Shown here piece after piece: positions 1 through 9,787 of a stretch of DNA of 64,000 bases (its first letter is position 1; every line of letters begins with the position of its first letter). The DNA lies in assembly GCA_040755455.1 (NCBI GenBank), contig JBFMAY010000001.1:64001-128000 (forward strand). Reading direction: 5' to 3'. The DNA is from Thermodesulfobacteriota bacterium (lineage in GTDB: Bacteria > Desulfobacterota > Desulfobulbia > Desulfobulbales > SURF-16). Position numbers and translations under genes: made by a program. The notes beneath the pieces are model-generated. The model made no database searches. It was not told the DNA's origin and saw only the letters and a list, made by a program, of their open reading frames with translations.

Positions 1-1894
1 GCGCGAGCTATTGAGCGACGAACTGCAGGCCGCACTAAAGGGCGCCGCAAGTCTGGCCGTGCTTGAGGATATTTATCTACCCTACCGACCCAAGCGCCGG
101 ACCCGCAGCATGATCGCCAGGGAAAAAGGGCTGGAGCCCCTTGCCCAATCCATCTTCGCCGGTCAATGTACTCCCTCTCAGGCCCAGGGCTTTGTCAGCG
201 AGGAAAAGGGGGTTGCCAGTGCTGATGAGGCACTGGCCGGGGCCCGGGACATCATCGCCGAGTGGATCAGCGAGGATGCGCCGCTGCGCGCCCGCCTGCG
301 CGCCCTTTTTGCCGACAAAGCCTTCATCGCCTCGGCGGTGGTGAAAAAGAACCGGGAAAGCGGGGCCAAGTTCCGCGATTATTTCGACTGGCAGGCGCCG
401 GCGGCCAAAACCCCGGGCCACCGGCTGCTGGCCATGTTCCGCGGCGAAAACGAAAAGGTGCTGACCCTTTCCTGCCGGCCGCCGGAAAAAGATGTCCTGC
501 CCATGCTGCTGCGCCGTTTTGCCGGCAAAAACGATTTCTGCGGCCGGCAGCTCAGCCTGGCCGTGGAGGACAGCTACAAGAGACTGTTGGCCCCGTCCCT
601 GGAAAACGAGCTGCGCGGCCTGCTGAAGGAACGGGCGGACAAGGAGGCGATAGGAGTCTTTGCCGACAACCTCAGGCAGCTCTTGCTGGCCCCTCCCATG
701 GGACAGAAGCGGGTCATGGCCCTTGACCCGGGTTTTCGCACCGGCGCCAAACTGGTCTGCCTTGACGGTCAGGGAAAGCTGCTTGATTTTACCGCCATCT
801 ATCCCACCCATGCCGGGGGAAAAAAAGAGGAGGCGGCCAGGGTGGTGGTTGAGCTGTGCCGCAAGTACGCCATCGAGGCCATTGCCATCGGCAACGGCAC
901 GGCCGGCCGGGAAACCGAGACTTTTGTCCGGGCCCTTGGCCTGCCTGAGGAGATCATCATCACCATGGTGGATGAGAGCGGCGCTTCGGTCTATTCGGCC
1001 TCCGAGGCCGCCCGGCTGGAATTCCCCGACCATGACGTGACGGTGCGCGGCGCGGTCTCCATCGGCCGGCGGCTGCAGGACCCGCTGGCCGAGCTGGTGA
1101 AGATCGATGCCAAGGCCATCGGCGTTGGCCAGTACCAGCATGATGTCAGCCAGAGTGAACTCAAAAAAGGGCTGGAGGACGTGGTGGTCAGCTGCGTCAA
1201 CAGCGTCGGGGTGGAGGTCAACACGGCAAGCCAGGAGCTGCTGACCTTTGTTTCCGGCCTGGGCCCGGCCCTGGCCAAGAACATTGTCGCCTTCCGCAAC
1301 GAGCACGGCCCGTTTACCGGAAGACAGCAGCTGCTTCAGGTGCCTCGGCTCGGGGCCAAGGCCTTTGAACAGTGCGCCGGCTTTCTCCGCATCCATGGGG
1401 CGGCAAATCCCCTGGACGCAAGCGGCGTGCATCCGGAACGCTACGTCTTGGTTGAGCAGATGGCACGGGATGCCGGCTGCAGCGTGGCTGAGCTGATAAA
1501 ACAGGATGACAGGCGCAAGTGCATTGATATCGCCCGTTACGTGTCCGGCACTGTCGGTCTGCCCACCCTGACCGATATCATGGCGGAACTTGCCAAGCCC
1601 GGCCGGGATCCCCGCCGGAGCTTCGCCCTGTTTTCCTTTACAGAGGGCATCAGCACCATTGATGATCTAGAGCCCGGCATGAAACTTCCCGGCATTGTCA
1701 CCAATGTCACCAAGTTCGGGGCCTTTGTTGATCTCGGCGTGCATCAGGACGGTTTGATCCACATCAGCCAGCTGGCCGACCGCTTTGTCCGTGATCCGGC
1801 GGAGGTGGTCAAGGTGCGCCAGCAGGTGACGGTGCGGGTGATCGAGGTGGACCTGGAGAGAAAACGCATCGCCCTTTCCCTGCGGGATGTATAA
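1..1894 (+). CDS. tex: Tex-family RNA-binding transcriptional accessory protein (5' partial)
   Basis: LEDIYLPYRPKRRT, YqgF-like ALDPGFRTGAK, SIGRRLQDPLAELVKID, C-terminal S1 domain; N-terminus lies outside the window. Confidence 0.95.
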   Translation, partial: RELLSDELQAALKGAASLAVLEDIYLPYRPKRRTRSMIAREKGLEPLAQSIFAGQCTPSQAQGFVSEEKGVASADEALAGARDIIAEWISEDAPLRARLRALFADKAFIASAVVKKNRESGAKFRDYFDWQAPAAKTPGHRLLAMFRGENEKVLTLSCRPPEKDVLPMLLRRFAGKNDFCGRQLSLAVEDSYKRLLAPSLENELRGLLKERADKEAIGVFADNLRQLLLAPPMGQKRVMALDPGFRTGAKLVCLDGQGKLLDFTAIYPTHAGGKKEEAARVVVELCRKYAIEAIAIGNGTAGRETETFVRALGLPEEIIITMVDESGASVYSASEAARLEFPDHDVTVRGAVSIGRRLQDPLAELVKIDAKAIGVGQYQHDVSQSELKKGLEDVVVSCVNSVGVEVNTASQELLTFVSGLGPALAKNIVAFRNEHGPFTGRQQLLQVPRLGAKAFEQCAGFLRIHGAANPLDASGVHPERYVLVEQMARDAGCSVAELIKQDDRRKCIDIARYVSGTVGLPTLTDIMAELAKPGRDPRRSFALFSFTEGISTIDDLEPGMKLPGIVTNVTKFGAFVDLGVHQDGLIHISQLADRFVRDPAEVVKVRQQVTVRVIEVDLERKRIALSLRDV

Positions 1895-2009
1895 GATGAG
1901 TTTCGCTTTACAGGTGTTGCTACAGTGTGATACCAAATAAGAAGAGGCTGCCTGCGGTTTCTCCTGCCGGGGCACATATCATCATAACTCGGGAAATATC
2001 TGCTCGCCT

Positions 2010-3185
2010 ATGGCCGGGAAAAAAGACTCCATACTGATCGCCTCCCCTCTCATCTCCTGCAATCCCTTCTGCGCTGAACTGAAAGAAAAGGGGCTGCCCT
2101 ATGATTCGGTGTGGATGCAGATCGGCCATGTCATCAGGCATCTCGATCATGTGACCTGTCTGTCCAATGAGCAGAGGCAGATGGTCAGGGAGGCCTTTGA
2201 CGACTATCTGAAGCTGCTGCCGGGGAAGGGCAAGGCCGATGTGGAGCGGCTCGGCCGGGATTTTCTGGGTGAGATCGACAAGCTGAAAAGGGCCGGGGTG
2301 GCCAAGGCCCTCAAGATGGAGCAGGACTTTAACGCCGAACTGCTCAATGCCGTCAGCAAGAACCTCCATCAGCTCTGTCTGATTATCGGCAAGGCCAACA
2401 CCTGCGGCATGATTGAAAGCCTCAAGGCCAAGACCCTGCAATCGATCAAATCGGCCAAGAGCAGGGACGAGATCCTTAAAATCGTCGAGGCCGGCTTCAC
2501 CGACCTCCACAAGCAGGTGAAAACCAATCAGGAGAAGATGGAAATCTCCCTGGAGAGCCTGCTGGTTCTTGAGTCCAACGCCATTATTGACAAGCTGACC
2601 GGCATTTTCAACCGGCGCTTCTTTGACCAGGAACTGCCCAAGATCGTTGAAACCTTTCTCGACAAGCAGGGCAAGGTGCCCTTCTCGCTGCTGCTGCTTG
2701 ATATCGACCGGTTCAAGGAAATAAACGACACCTACGGCCACTTCATCGGCGACAGGGCACTGCAGCGGGTGGCCGCCATCATCCAGAACAATTGCCGGGC
2801 CGGCATTGATTCCCCCATCAGACTCGGCGGCGACGAGTTCGCCCTGTTTCTCATCGGCACCAATGCAAAGAATGCCATCAAAAAGGCGGAGACCATCCGC
2901 CACGAAATCTCCAGGCGGACGATGAGCTTTACCCAGCGGGAAACCGATGCCGCGCCCCACGATGTTTCCTTCACCGTCCAGGTGAGCATCGGCGTGTGCG
3001 AACTTGATATGGCTTGGAAGAACATGGCTCCCGCTGAGCTCAACAAGAACCCCGTCTTCTGCGATGCCGCCACTGACAACCCCATCAGCAAGCTGACCTG
3101 CATGCTGGCGGAGTCCGCGGACCAGGCCCTCTATGAGGCCAAGGACATGGGCCGCAACCAGGTGCGGGGTTTTGGCCAGGGGTGA
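2010..3185 (+). CDS. Cytoplasmic GGDEF diguanylate cyclase
   Basis: DKLTGIFNRR, DIDRFKEINDTYGH, RLGGDEF, ADQALYEAK..GRN; helical N-terminus with no TM segment. Confidence 0.92.
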   Translation: MAGKKDSILIASPLISCNPFCAELKEKGLPYDSVWMQIGHVIRHLDHVTCLSNEQRQMVREAFDDYLKLLPGKGKADVERLGRDFLGEIDKLKRAGVAKALKMEQDFNAELLNAVSKNLHQLCLIIGKANTCGMIESLKAKTLQSIKSAKSRDEILKIVEAGFTDLHKQVKTNQEKMEISLESLLVLESNAIIDKLTGIFNRRFFDQELPKIVETFLDKQGKVPFSLLLLDIDRFKEINDTYGHFIGDRALQRVAAIIQNNCRAGIDSPIRLGGDEFALFLIGTNAKNAIKKAETIRHEISRRTMSFTQRETDAAPHDVSFTVQVSIGVCELDMAWKNMAPAELNKNPVFCDAATDNPISKLTCMLAESADQALYEAKDMGRNQVRGFGQG

Positions 3186-3231
3186 TCCGCTGTCCTTTGC
3201 CGGAGTCACATAAGCTGACCGGCATATGGAT

Positions 3232-3489
3232 CTACTTCAATAGTTCCTGGGATTTACGCAGCATCTGATCCTTTTGCTCCATCCCGGTGGTCGATGACTC
3301 TCCCAGCAGGGAAACAATATACAAAACTGCCCCAACGAACAGCGACAGAATCAGCAGCTTAAAAAATTGTTTTGGCTTCAGGTAGCCGAAAACACATAAA
3401 GCCGCAATAAGGGCAAGGGCTACCCATTTATTGTTCTGAAAATAAAGCTGGCATCTTTCGAGCAATGTATTGAAATCCATATGGTTCAA
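3232..3489 (-). CDS. Small two-TM membrane protein, unknown function
   Basis: 85-aa ORF with two hydrophobic stretches, directly downstream of the MCP on the same strand. Confidence 0.65.
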   Translation of the reverse strand: MNHMDFNTLLERCQLYFQNNKWVALALIAALCVFGYLKPKQFFKLLILSLFVGAVLYIVSLLGESSTTGMEQKDQMLRKSQELLK

Positions 3490-3495
3490 TGGGTT

Positions 3496-5370
3496 TTAAT
3501 TGCCGTTGGCCGGTAATAATAATTGACGCTGTTCCTGAACCGTCGCATGGGAGGCATTCCTGCCCCCTACAATTTCCATAAGTTGCGTTACCAAGGCATT
3601 GAGTTCTTGCGCTTGTGTATACAGCTCTTCCGACGCGCCCGCAGATTCCTTGGCGCTGGCAGCGTTCTGTTGAACCACTTTGTCCATTTCCGATACCGCG
3701 GCATTAACCTGTTCAATGCCCTGCGCCTGTTCTTTCGATGCCGCAGCAATCTCCGCCACGAGGGTTGCCACTTTTCCCGCGCTCTCCTGAATAGCCGATA
3801 AAGCTTTGGCAACTTCGGATGTCACGTTCACTCCTGCCTCGGCGTTCTGCGTGGCACCCTCTATCAAGTCCGCAGTGTTTTTAGCGGCCTCGGCGCTACG
3901 CAGCGCCAGGTTGCGGACTTCCTCGGCTACCACGGCAAAGCCTTTGCCCGCCTCTCCAGCCCTTGCCGCCTCAACCGCAGCATTAAGAGCCAGAAGATTG
4001 GTTTGAAAAGCAATTTCGTCTATAGTCTTGATGATTTTTGCCGTTTTGTCGGCTGATGTCTTGATTCTGGCAATGGCATCGGACATACGTTCCATGGCGG
4101 CAATACCGCCTTTGACAGTGGATTGCGATTCCCGCATCAGGTTGTCGGCCTTGCCGGCGTTGTCGGCACTCTGGCGCGTCATGGAGGCCATCTCTTCCAG
4201 TGATGTGGTACTTTCCTCCAGCCTGGCGGCCTGTTTGCTGGCACCCTGAGCCAATTGCCGACTGGCGCTCGACACCTGATTGGACGAAGAGTTGACCTGC
4301 TCCGCATTGAGATCTAAGGCATCGATAACCCGTTTGATGGGCTTGGTGATACTTCTCACTATGACAACGGCGATTGCCATGGAAAATAACAATCCAAAGA
4401 TGATTCCCGCGCTGATGAATTGAGATGAAACGGAAATCGTACTGGTTGTGGTTTCGGCTGCCCGGGTCATATCCCCCAAGCCCATGACGGCAATGTTTTT
4501 TGCCTGCTCGATGATGCTTTTGGCCAAAACGGTGCGTTTCGTGGCAGCCTCTTCACGCGCCAGCCATTTTTCCGCCAGTTTGGTATTGGCTGCTTTAAAA
4601 GTGAGCATGGCGGAGCGGGTTTCCTCAATCTTTTTTAAATCACCTTCAAAGTCGCATATCTTCTTTAAAGCATTCAATTTATCATCAGCTTTATCAAATA
4701 TTGCCAAAGTCTCGATAAGGGTCTTTGGATCGCGGTTGAATTGCGCTTTCCAGGTGCCTGTAACAACTTGGTTGCCCAGGTCAATAATGTCCGTAACCAG
4801 GGCTATTCGATTGAGTCGTTGTTCGAGTTGATCGCCTTCAAGGCCCGCAATAATTTCACCCTGCATGGCTTCTTTCTGGCTCTCCAGGAAGGTGTGACAA
4901 ACCCTCATATATTGGAGACTCGATTCATCGGCCACTTTGCGTTCCTTTTCGAGTTCCCCTATTAATACGACGGTTTCCCCGGTAAGTCTTTCGTATTCCA
5001 GCACGCCCTGCTCTGCTTTTTCGGCACCCTCTTTTAATTGGGGCAGGCCATGATTGACGGCGTCTTTAATGTCTTGTTTGAGGTTATCGAGGTATTTTCT
5101 GGCCTCATCGAGAAACAGGGCGTTATCCGTATATTCGTAACCACGCATCGCCAGCAGCATGGAAAACGTATTGCGTTCCATGTTGTTGGCTATGGTTACT
5201 TCCGGCACATAGTCTTGTGAAAGAGTTGCGGCGCATGTGCCGAAACGGTTCATGCTCGTGACAGCAATGATACCTGTCGCGATTGAAACAAGGATTACGA
5301 AACCAAAGCCAAAACCTAATTTAGCGACAAGACTTATTCGCTTGTTGAACATGCAACGCCTCATTATCAT
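3496..5370 (-). CDS. Methyl-accepting chemotaxis protein
   Basis: Two TM segments flanking a helical periplasmic domain; [34 protein letters not shown]; start may be 5352. Confidence 0.95.
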   Translation of the reverse strand: MIMRRCMFNKRISLVAKLGFGFGFVILVSIATGIIAVTSMNRFGTCAATLSQDYVPEVTIANNMERNTFSMLLAMRGYEYTDNALFLDEARKYLDNLKQDIKDAVNHGLPQLKEGAEKAEQGVLEYERLTGETVVLIGELEKERKVADESSLQYMRVCHTFLESQKEAMQGEIIAGLEGDQLEQRLNRIALVTDIIDLGNQVVTGTWKAQFNRDPKTLIETLAIFDKADDKLNALKKICDFEGDLKKIEETRSAMLTFKAANTKLAEKWLAREEAATKRTVLAKSIIEQAKNIAVMGLGDMTRAAETTTSTISVSSQFISAGIIFGLLFSMAIAVVIVRSITKPIKRVIDALDLNAEQVNSSSNQVSSASRQLAQGASKQAARLEESTTSLEEMASMTRQSADNAGKADNLMRESQSTVKGGIAAMERMSDAIARIKTSADKTAKIIKTIDEIAFQTNLLALNAAVEAARAGEAGKGFAVVAEEVRNLALRSAEAAKNTADLIEGATQNAEAGVNVTSEVAKALSAIQESAGKVATLVAEIAAASKEQAQGIEQVNAAVSEMDKVVQQNAASAKESAGASEELYTQAQELNALVTQLMEIVGGRNASHATVQEQRQLLLPANGN

Positions 5371-5377
5371 TTATTGT

Positions 5378-5407
5378 ATGGCGCCCCGAGGTGGATTGGG
5401 GCGCCAT
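5378..5407. terminator. GC-rich hairpin between the Cache gene and the MCP
   Basis: ATGGCGCCCC...GGGGCGCCAT inverted repeat with T/A-rich flanks. Confidence 0.5.
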
Positions 5408-5438
5408 GTTTTATTAAATTTTTTTTAGTTCTGGCTTG

Positions 5439-5951
5439 CTATTTGGCCAACGGGTAACCGATGTAATAAACGCCCTGGATTTCGCCGGCCGCGTTATTGA
5501 TGGGCTCATAACCGGTGTCATACTGACTGCCGAGAATGTCAACAACCCCATAAAACACTTCGCCTTTTCGTATGGCTGCAATCGCGGGTCCATTGGGGTC
5601 CAGCGGGGTCCCGACAGCGCGGTTGCCGTCTTTCAGCACATTGGTGCTGATGCGGATAAATCCATCCCCCTTTTTTACAAAGAACGTGGCCGTGCAGCCG
5701 AACTGGGCCTTCAAGGAGTCAACGAGCTCATAGTTGCCGTTCATCTTGGTCGTGCCGAAGAACAGTGCGGTCCCCTCCGCCTTGGGCTCGCCAAGCTTTG
5801 CGGCTTTGTCTTTCATGACGGTCATGGCTTCTTTGATTTTTGCGGAATGTTCAGTCTCCGCCTTGGCGGTGAACACCCCTCCCATTATCAGTACGAGAAC
5901 AAACAGCATCACCATCGGTCTGACACAGTGTTTTAACGAGTCTTTGATCAT
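5439..5951 (-). CDS. Secreted stand-alone Cache-domain protein (Cache_3-Cache_2-like)
   Basis: Signal peptide (AKA-E); ATFFVKKGDGFIRISTNV...GNRAVGTPLD...YDTGYEPI. Confidence 0.85.
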   Translation of the reverse strand: MIKDSLKHCVRPMVMLFVLVLIMGGVFTAKAETEHSAKIKEAMTVMKDKAAKLGEPKAEGTALFFGTTKMNGNYELVDSLKAQFGCTATFFVKKGDGFIRISTNVLKDGNRAVGTPLDPNGPAIAAIRKGEVFYGVVDILGSQYDTGYEPINNAAGEIQGVYYIGYPLAK

Positions 5952-6062
5952 TGGTCTATCTCCTGTTGTTTATTTTTTTTCTTCAGCCTTTGTTGAAATT
6001 TTCGTGTGTTTTTTCAGGTGGTGTCATTGTTTTTATGGTAATTCCACCTTATCAGTCTGCAT

Positions 6063-7241
6063 TCAGAACCCGCCCCGCCCGCCGCCATGGTAGTGGCAGT
6101 TGTAGCAGGTGCCTCTATTCCATGCGTGTGTTGCCCGGGTATGGCAGGCGTTATAGCAGAGGCTCTGCCATGAGGTGTTGGTGGTGTCGGTTGTCGTGAT
6201 CGCCGCCTTGTTGATCGATCTCCTGATCAGAAAAATATTGTTTGGTACGCCGTGGGGCTCGTGGCAGTCCGTGCAGTTCAAGGTCATGGTGGTGCCGCTG
6301 GTATAGGGGCCCCGGGCATAGGCAATCGTGTCGCCGTCAAGTTCGCCGTGGCCGTCCGGGTTGACCCCGGCCGCGGCGGTTTCCCAGCTCAGCTTCCTGA
6401 TGGCCCGCGGGGTGCCGGGCAGGCGCGGATTGGTGCTGTTGATGGTGTTGTATTCATTATGGCAGTCCGTGCAGAGCCTGACGTAATTGGGCAGATTGGA
6501 GCCGTCCGAGGTGGCGCTGTTGGCCGGCTCATGGTTGGTCGAGCCCCACCAGTACGGAGACATGTAGTCGCTGTAGGCGGCGTTCATCCTCTCCGAGGCA
6601 TCGTCTCCAAACCTGTTGTCGTGATCGCTGGGCCGTGAGATGGCTGATTTGGCCGCATCAAAGGGGGAATTGACATTGCGCTGGGCTATATGGGGATTGT
6701 GGCAGGCATCGCAGGGGTTGATGCCCGCCGGCAGGGACCAGGAGGTCCCTGCGGCGTTTTTCAGGGTTTTGCCCAGTATCTGGCTGACGAAATCCGGCAG
6801 GTAATGGGAGGAGCCGGACATTCCCGCGGCATGGCTGAAGGCGGCTTTGATGTCGCTGTCGTAGGAGCCGGCGGATGTGTAGCCGCCGAAGTTGTAGCTG
6901 TAGCTTTTGTTGAGTGAGATGCCGCCGGTCTGGTAACCGCCCGACTGATGGCAGTCAAAGCAGAAGTTTTCCGTCTGACTGGTCTGGTTGGTATCAAAGA
7001 GCAGGTAGTCGCTCGCCTCCCCCCCGACCGGAACAGGTTCTTCCCCTCCGATGCTGGCATGTTGCTCGTGACAGTGGGCACAGTTCCCCTGGGCGTAGCC
7101 GAGGGCGCTGGTGCTGGTGCGCTTGACGCCGTAGGAGGAACTGCCGTGGGCCGAGATGAGGTAGTCGCCGGCCCAGGCTGGCCCGAAAGGCGGAAGGAGT
7201 AAGCAGGCAGCGGGAATAATGAGTCGCAGGTACGATTTCAT
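6063..7241 (-). CDS. Exported multiheme c-type cytochrome (6 CxxCH + 1 CxxxCH)
   Basis: Signal peptide; CAHCH, CFDCH, CDACH, CTDCH, CTDCH, CYNACH, CYNCH. Confidence 0.92.
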   Translation of the reverse strand: MKSYLRLIIPAACLLLPPFGPAWAGDYLISAHGSSSYGVKRTSTSALGYAQGNCAHCHEQHASIGGEEPVPVGGEASDYLLFDTNQTSQTENFCFDCHQSGGYQTGGISLNKSYSYNFGGYTSAGSYDSDIKAAFSHAAGMSGSSHYLPDFVSQILGKTLKNAAGTSWSLPAGINPCDACHNPHIAQRNVNSPFDAAKSAISRPSDHDNRFGDDASERMNAAYSDYMSPYWWGSTNHEPANSATSDGSNLPNYVRLCTDCHNEYNTINSTNPRLPGTPRAIRKLSWETAAAGVNPDGHGELDGDTIAYARGPYTSGTTMTLNCTDCHEPHGVPNNIFLIRRSINKAAITTTDTTNTSWQSLCYNACHTRATHAWNRGTCYNCHYHGGGRGGF

Positions 7242-7586
7242 ATGATTGTTAGGTCTCCTGGTCTAGGAAAGCAATCTAACCGCATGATCAACGAGAGCAT
7301 AATGCGCCAATGTCAATTGCCAATTATAACTTCATATTATATTGAATCCGGAACGGTAAGCAAATTATTTTTTTCAGCCGTGGAACCGGTTGTGAATTTC
7401 GATATGCCTGTCCGATAAAAGATGTCTATTGCGGCTTAACTATTTGAAAAATCTTGTTGTATTGATGAGTTATTTGTGATTGTTGAAGAGGAGAGAGTAT
7501 TCAGAATTTGCTTGGCGGGAAGACAAAGAAAGGGCGGGGAGATGGCGCAGGACAACAGCAGGGTTGGCTGAGATGGAGGCTGTCCC

Positions 7587-7685
7587 TTACTTGCCGGGGC
7601 CGAGGGTGCGGATCAGGCAATAGATAAGGAGGGCAAGGATCGTGCCCCAGCTGAGCCCCATGAACAGCCAGCCGCTAAGCAGCAT
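7587..7685 (-). CDS. 32-aa single-TM protein, probable small (MetS-like) subunit of the NSS transporter
   Basis: Read by hand: MLLSGWLFMGLSWGTILALLIYCLIRTLGPGK*; start overlaps the transporter 3' end and follows GGGGGAG. Confidence 0.7.
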   Translation of the reverse strand: MLLSGWLFMGLSWGTILALLIYCLIRTLGPGK

Positions 7686-9231
7686 ACTCCCCCCTCATTT
7701 TGCGCCGTTTCCAGCTCTGGCGCACCAAGATCATCAGCACCAGAAAGAGCAGCACAAGCCCCAGCCTGGTGCTTAAGACAAAGGGCAGGTCCGCGCCGCT
7801 TACCCCTTTCAGCAGCATGACCGGCAGCCAGTCCTCCACCAGCCAGAAGCCCAGGATGCAGAGCAGGAAGAGGGGCGTCACATATTTGATGATAAAACGG
7901 TAGAAGCGGGGAATGGTGATGTCCGAGCCGGCGTGCAGCTCAGTCCAGGCCCGGTCCATGCCGAAGACCCAGGCGAAAAGAATGGTCTCGATGGTGGCGA
8001 ACACCACGAGGAAAAAGGAGCCGCCCCAGAAATCAAGTTCATCCACCACGCCCCGGCCGAGAAAGAAAATGGCGGGCTGGGTGAGGACAAAGGTGACGGC
8101 CATGAAGATCAGTACCGCCCGGCGGCGGGAGAGGTTGAACTCGTCCATCAGAAAGGCGACAGCCGGCTGGCCCAGGGAAATGGACGAGGTAATGCCGGCG
8201 ATGAAGAGCAGAAAGAACCAGGCAAAGCCGAAGAGGTTGCCGAAGGCCAGCTTCTGCAGGACGAGCGGCATGGTGACGAAACCGAGGTTGAACACCCCGC
8301 CCTTGGCAATGGAGGCCATGGCATCGGCGCCGAAAAAGGCGAAGGCGGCAGGGATCACCAGGCTGCCGCCCAGGATCACCTCGGCGAACTCATTGGCTGC
8401 GGCGGCGGTGAGGCCGGACAGGGCCACGTCGTCGTTTTTATTGAGGTAGCTGGCGTAGGTGAGGATGACGCCGATGCCGCAGCTCAGGGTAAAGAAGACC
8501 TGGCCCGCGGCGGCCAGCCACACCCTGGAGCTTTTCAGCGCCGACCAGTCGGGATTCCAGATGTAGCCGAGGCCGCTGATCACGTTATTTTCCGGCTGGG
8601 CGGCATCAGGCGTGCCCAGCAGGAAGACCCGGACCACCAGAATGATGGCGAGCAGCAGCAGGACCGGCACGCCGTATTTGCAGACCCGCTCGATCCCCCC
8701 ATGAATCCCGTAGAAGAGAACCAGGCCGTTCAGTACAAAGGTGACGGCGTAGAAGAGATAGGCGGTGCCGAGGCCGGAGAAGTACTCATTGTGCACGATG
8801 CCCTGATAGCCGTGCAGGAAGGCCACCATGCCCTCGCTGGTGGCGCAGGCGTTGTAGCGGCCGGTGAGGGCGAACAGGCTGTAGCCCAGCAGCCAGGACT
8901 CGATATAGACGTAGTAGAGATAGATGACAATGGGGCCGAAGATGCCGATCACGCCGAAGTATTTGATGAAGCGGTTCTTCTCCCACATGGAGTGGAACAT
9001 GCCCGGCGCGGTGCTGTGGCCAAACCCCCCGCCGAAGCGGCCAATGGTCCACTCGATCCACATGAGGGGCAGGCCGAGCAGCAGCAGGGAAACGAAATAG
9101 GGGATCATGAACGCCCCGCCGCCGTTCTGCGCCACCTGGCCGGGAAAGCGCAAAAAATTGCCCAGGCCGATGGCGCTGCCCGCCACCGCCATGATCACGC
9201 CGATCGTGCTTGCCCACTTTTCCCGTGCCAT
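7675..9231 (-). CDS. Sodium-dependent transporter, NSS/SNF (LeuT-like) family
   Basis: REKWAS, AGSAIGLGNFLRFP, GGGAFMIPY, AAGQVFFTLS; about 12 TM segments. Confidence 0.95.
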   Translation of the reverse strand: MAREKWASTIGVIMAVAGSAIGLGNFLRFPGQVAQNGGGAFMIPYFVSLLLLGLPLMWIEWTIGRFGGGFGHSTAPGMFHSMWEKNRFIKYFGVIGIFGPIVIYLYYVYIESWLLGYSLFALTGRYNACATSEGMVAFLHGYQGIVHNEYFSGLGTAYLFYAVTFVLNGLVLFYGIHGGIERVCKYGVPVLLLLAIILVVRVFLLGTPDAAQPENNVISGLGYIWNPDWSALKSSRVWLAAAGQVFFTLSCGIGVILTYASYLNKNDDVALSGLTAAAANEFAEVILGGSLVIPAAFAFFGADAMASIAKGGVFNLGFVTMPLVLQKLAFGNLFGFAWFFLLFIAGITSSISLGQPAVAFLMDEFNLSRRRAVLIFMAVTFVLTQPAIFFLGRGVVDELDFWGGSFFLVVFATIETILFAWVFGMDRAWTELHAGSDITIPRFYRFIIKYVTPLFLLCILGFWLVEDWLPVMLLKGVSGADLPFVLSTRLGLVLLFLVLMILVRQSWKRRKMRGEYAA

Positions 9232-9490
9232 AGGCGACTTGTAAAAAAAGGAAATGTTTAACCGCTGGAACGTTTAATCGTTAAAGGCGGATGTACCACG
9301 CACACGGGAAAAATGCAACTGTCGGCAGGGGCAAAATCACCGCCGGTGCGGCAAGGACGTAGGCACGGGGGCAATGTTTGTCAGCCGGTTTCCATTGACA
9401 TATTGCGCCATGGGTATATGTTTGGGTATGATTCTGTTTGCGCAGCGATTGGTAAAGACAATGAGAATGTATGGCAAATAAGGAAAAATA

Positions 9491-9778
9491 ATGGGAAAAA
9501 ATAGAAAAAGCATCGTGGTGACCGTCATCGGCAAGGATGAGGTCGGCATCGTGGCGAAAATTGCCACGGCCCTTGCCGGGAACAACATCAACATCATCGA
9601 CATCAACCAGAAGATTCTCGGTGATGAGATCTTTGCCATGACCCTGCTGGCCGACCGGGTGAACTCCGGCCTTGCCCTGCCCGAGATTACCGCCAGGCTC
9701 AAGGAGTCGGTCAAGGACATGGCCCTCAATGTCACGGTGCAGGATGCGGAAGTTTTTCAATACATGCACAGGGTGTAG
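9491..9778 (+). CDS. Stand-alone ACT-domain protein (UPF0237-like)
   Basis: VTVIGKDEVGIVA...NINIIDINQ...FQYMHRV; usual partner of DUF711. Confidence 0.9.
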   Translation: MGKNRKSIVVTVIGKDEVGIVAKIATALAGNNINIIDINQKILGDEIFAMTLLADRVNSGLALPEITARLKESVKDMALNVTVQDAEVFQYMHRV

Positions 9779-9787
9779 GGACCGGCA

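Noticed and set aside
77..1432. Long antisense ORFs, here and at 1920..3209, 7933..9261, 26583..28040 and 44624..46189
   Set aside because: They shadow well-supported genes on the opposite strand; expected in GC-rich DNA and carry no motifs
2950..3110. Roughly 30-aa insertion in the GGDEF domain as an intein or special element
   Set aside because: Too short and lacks splicing motifs; most likely a loop insertion
9325..9375. GGCAAA...-containing leader as a c-di-GMP-I or ZTP riboswitch
   Set aside because: No GAAA tetraloop/GACGCAAAG or ZTP core could be matched
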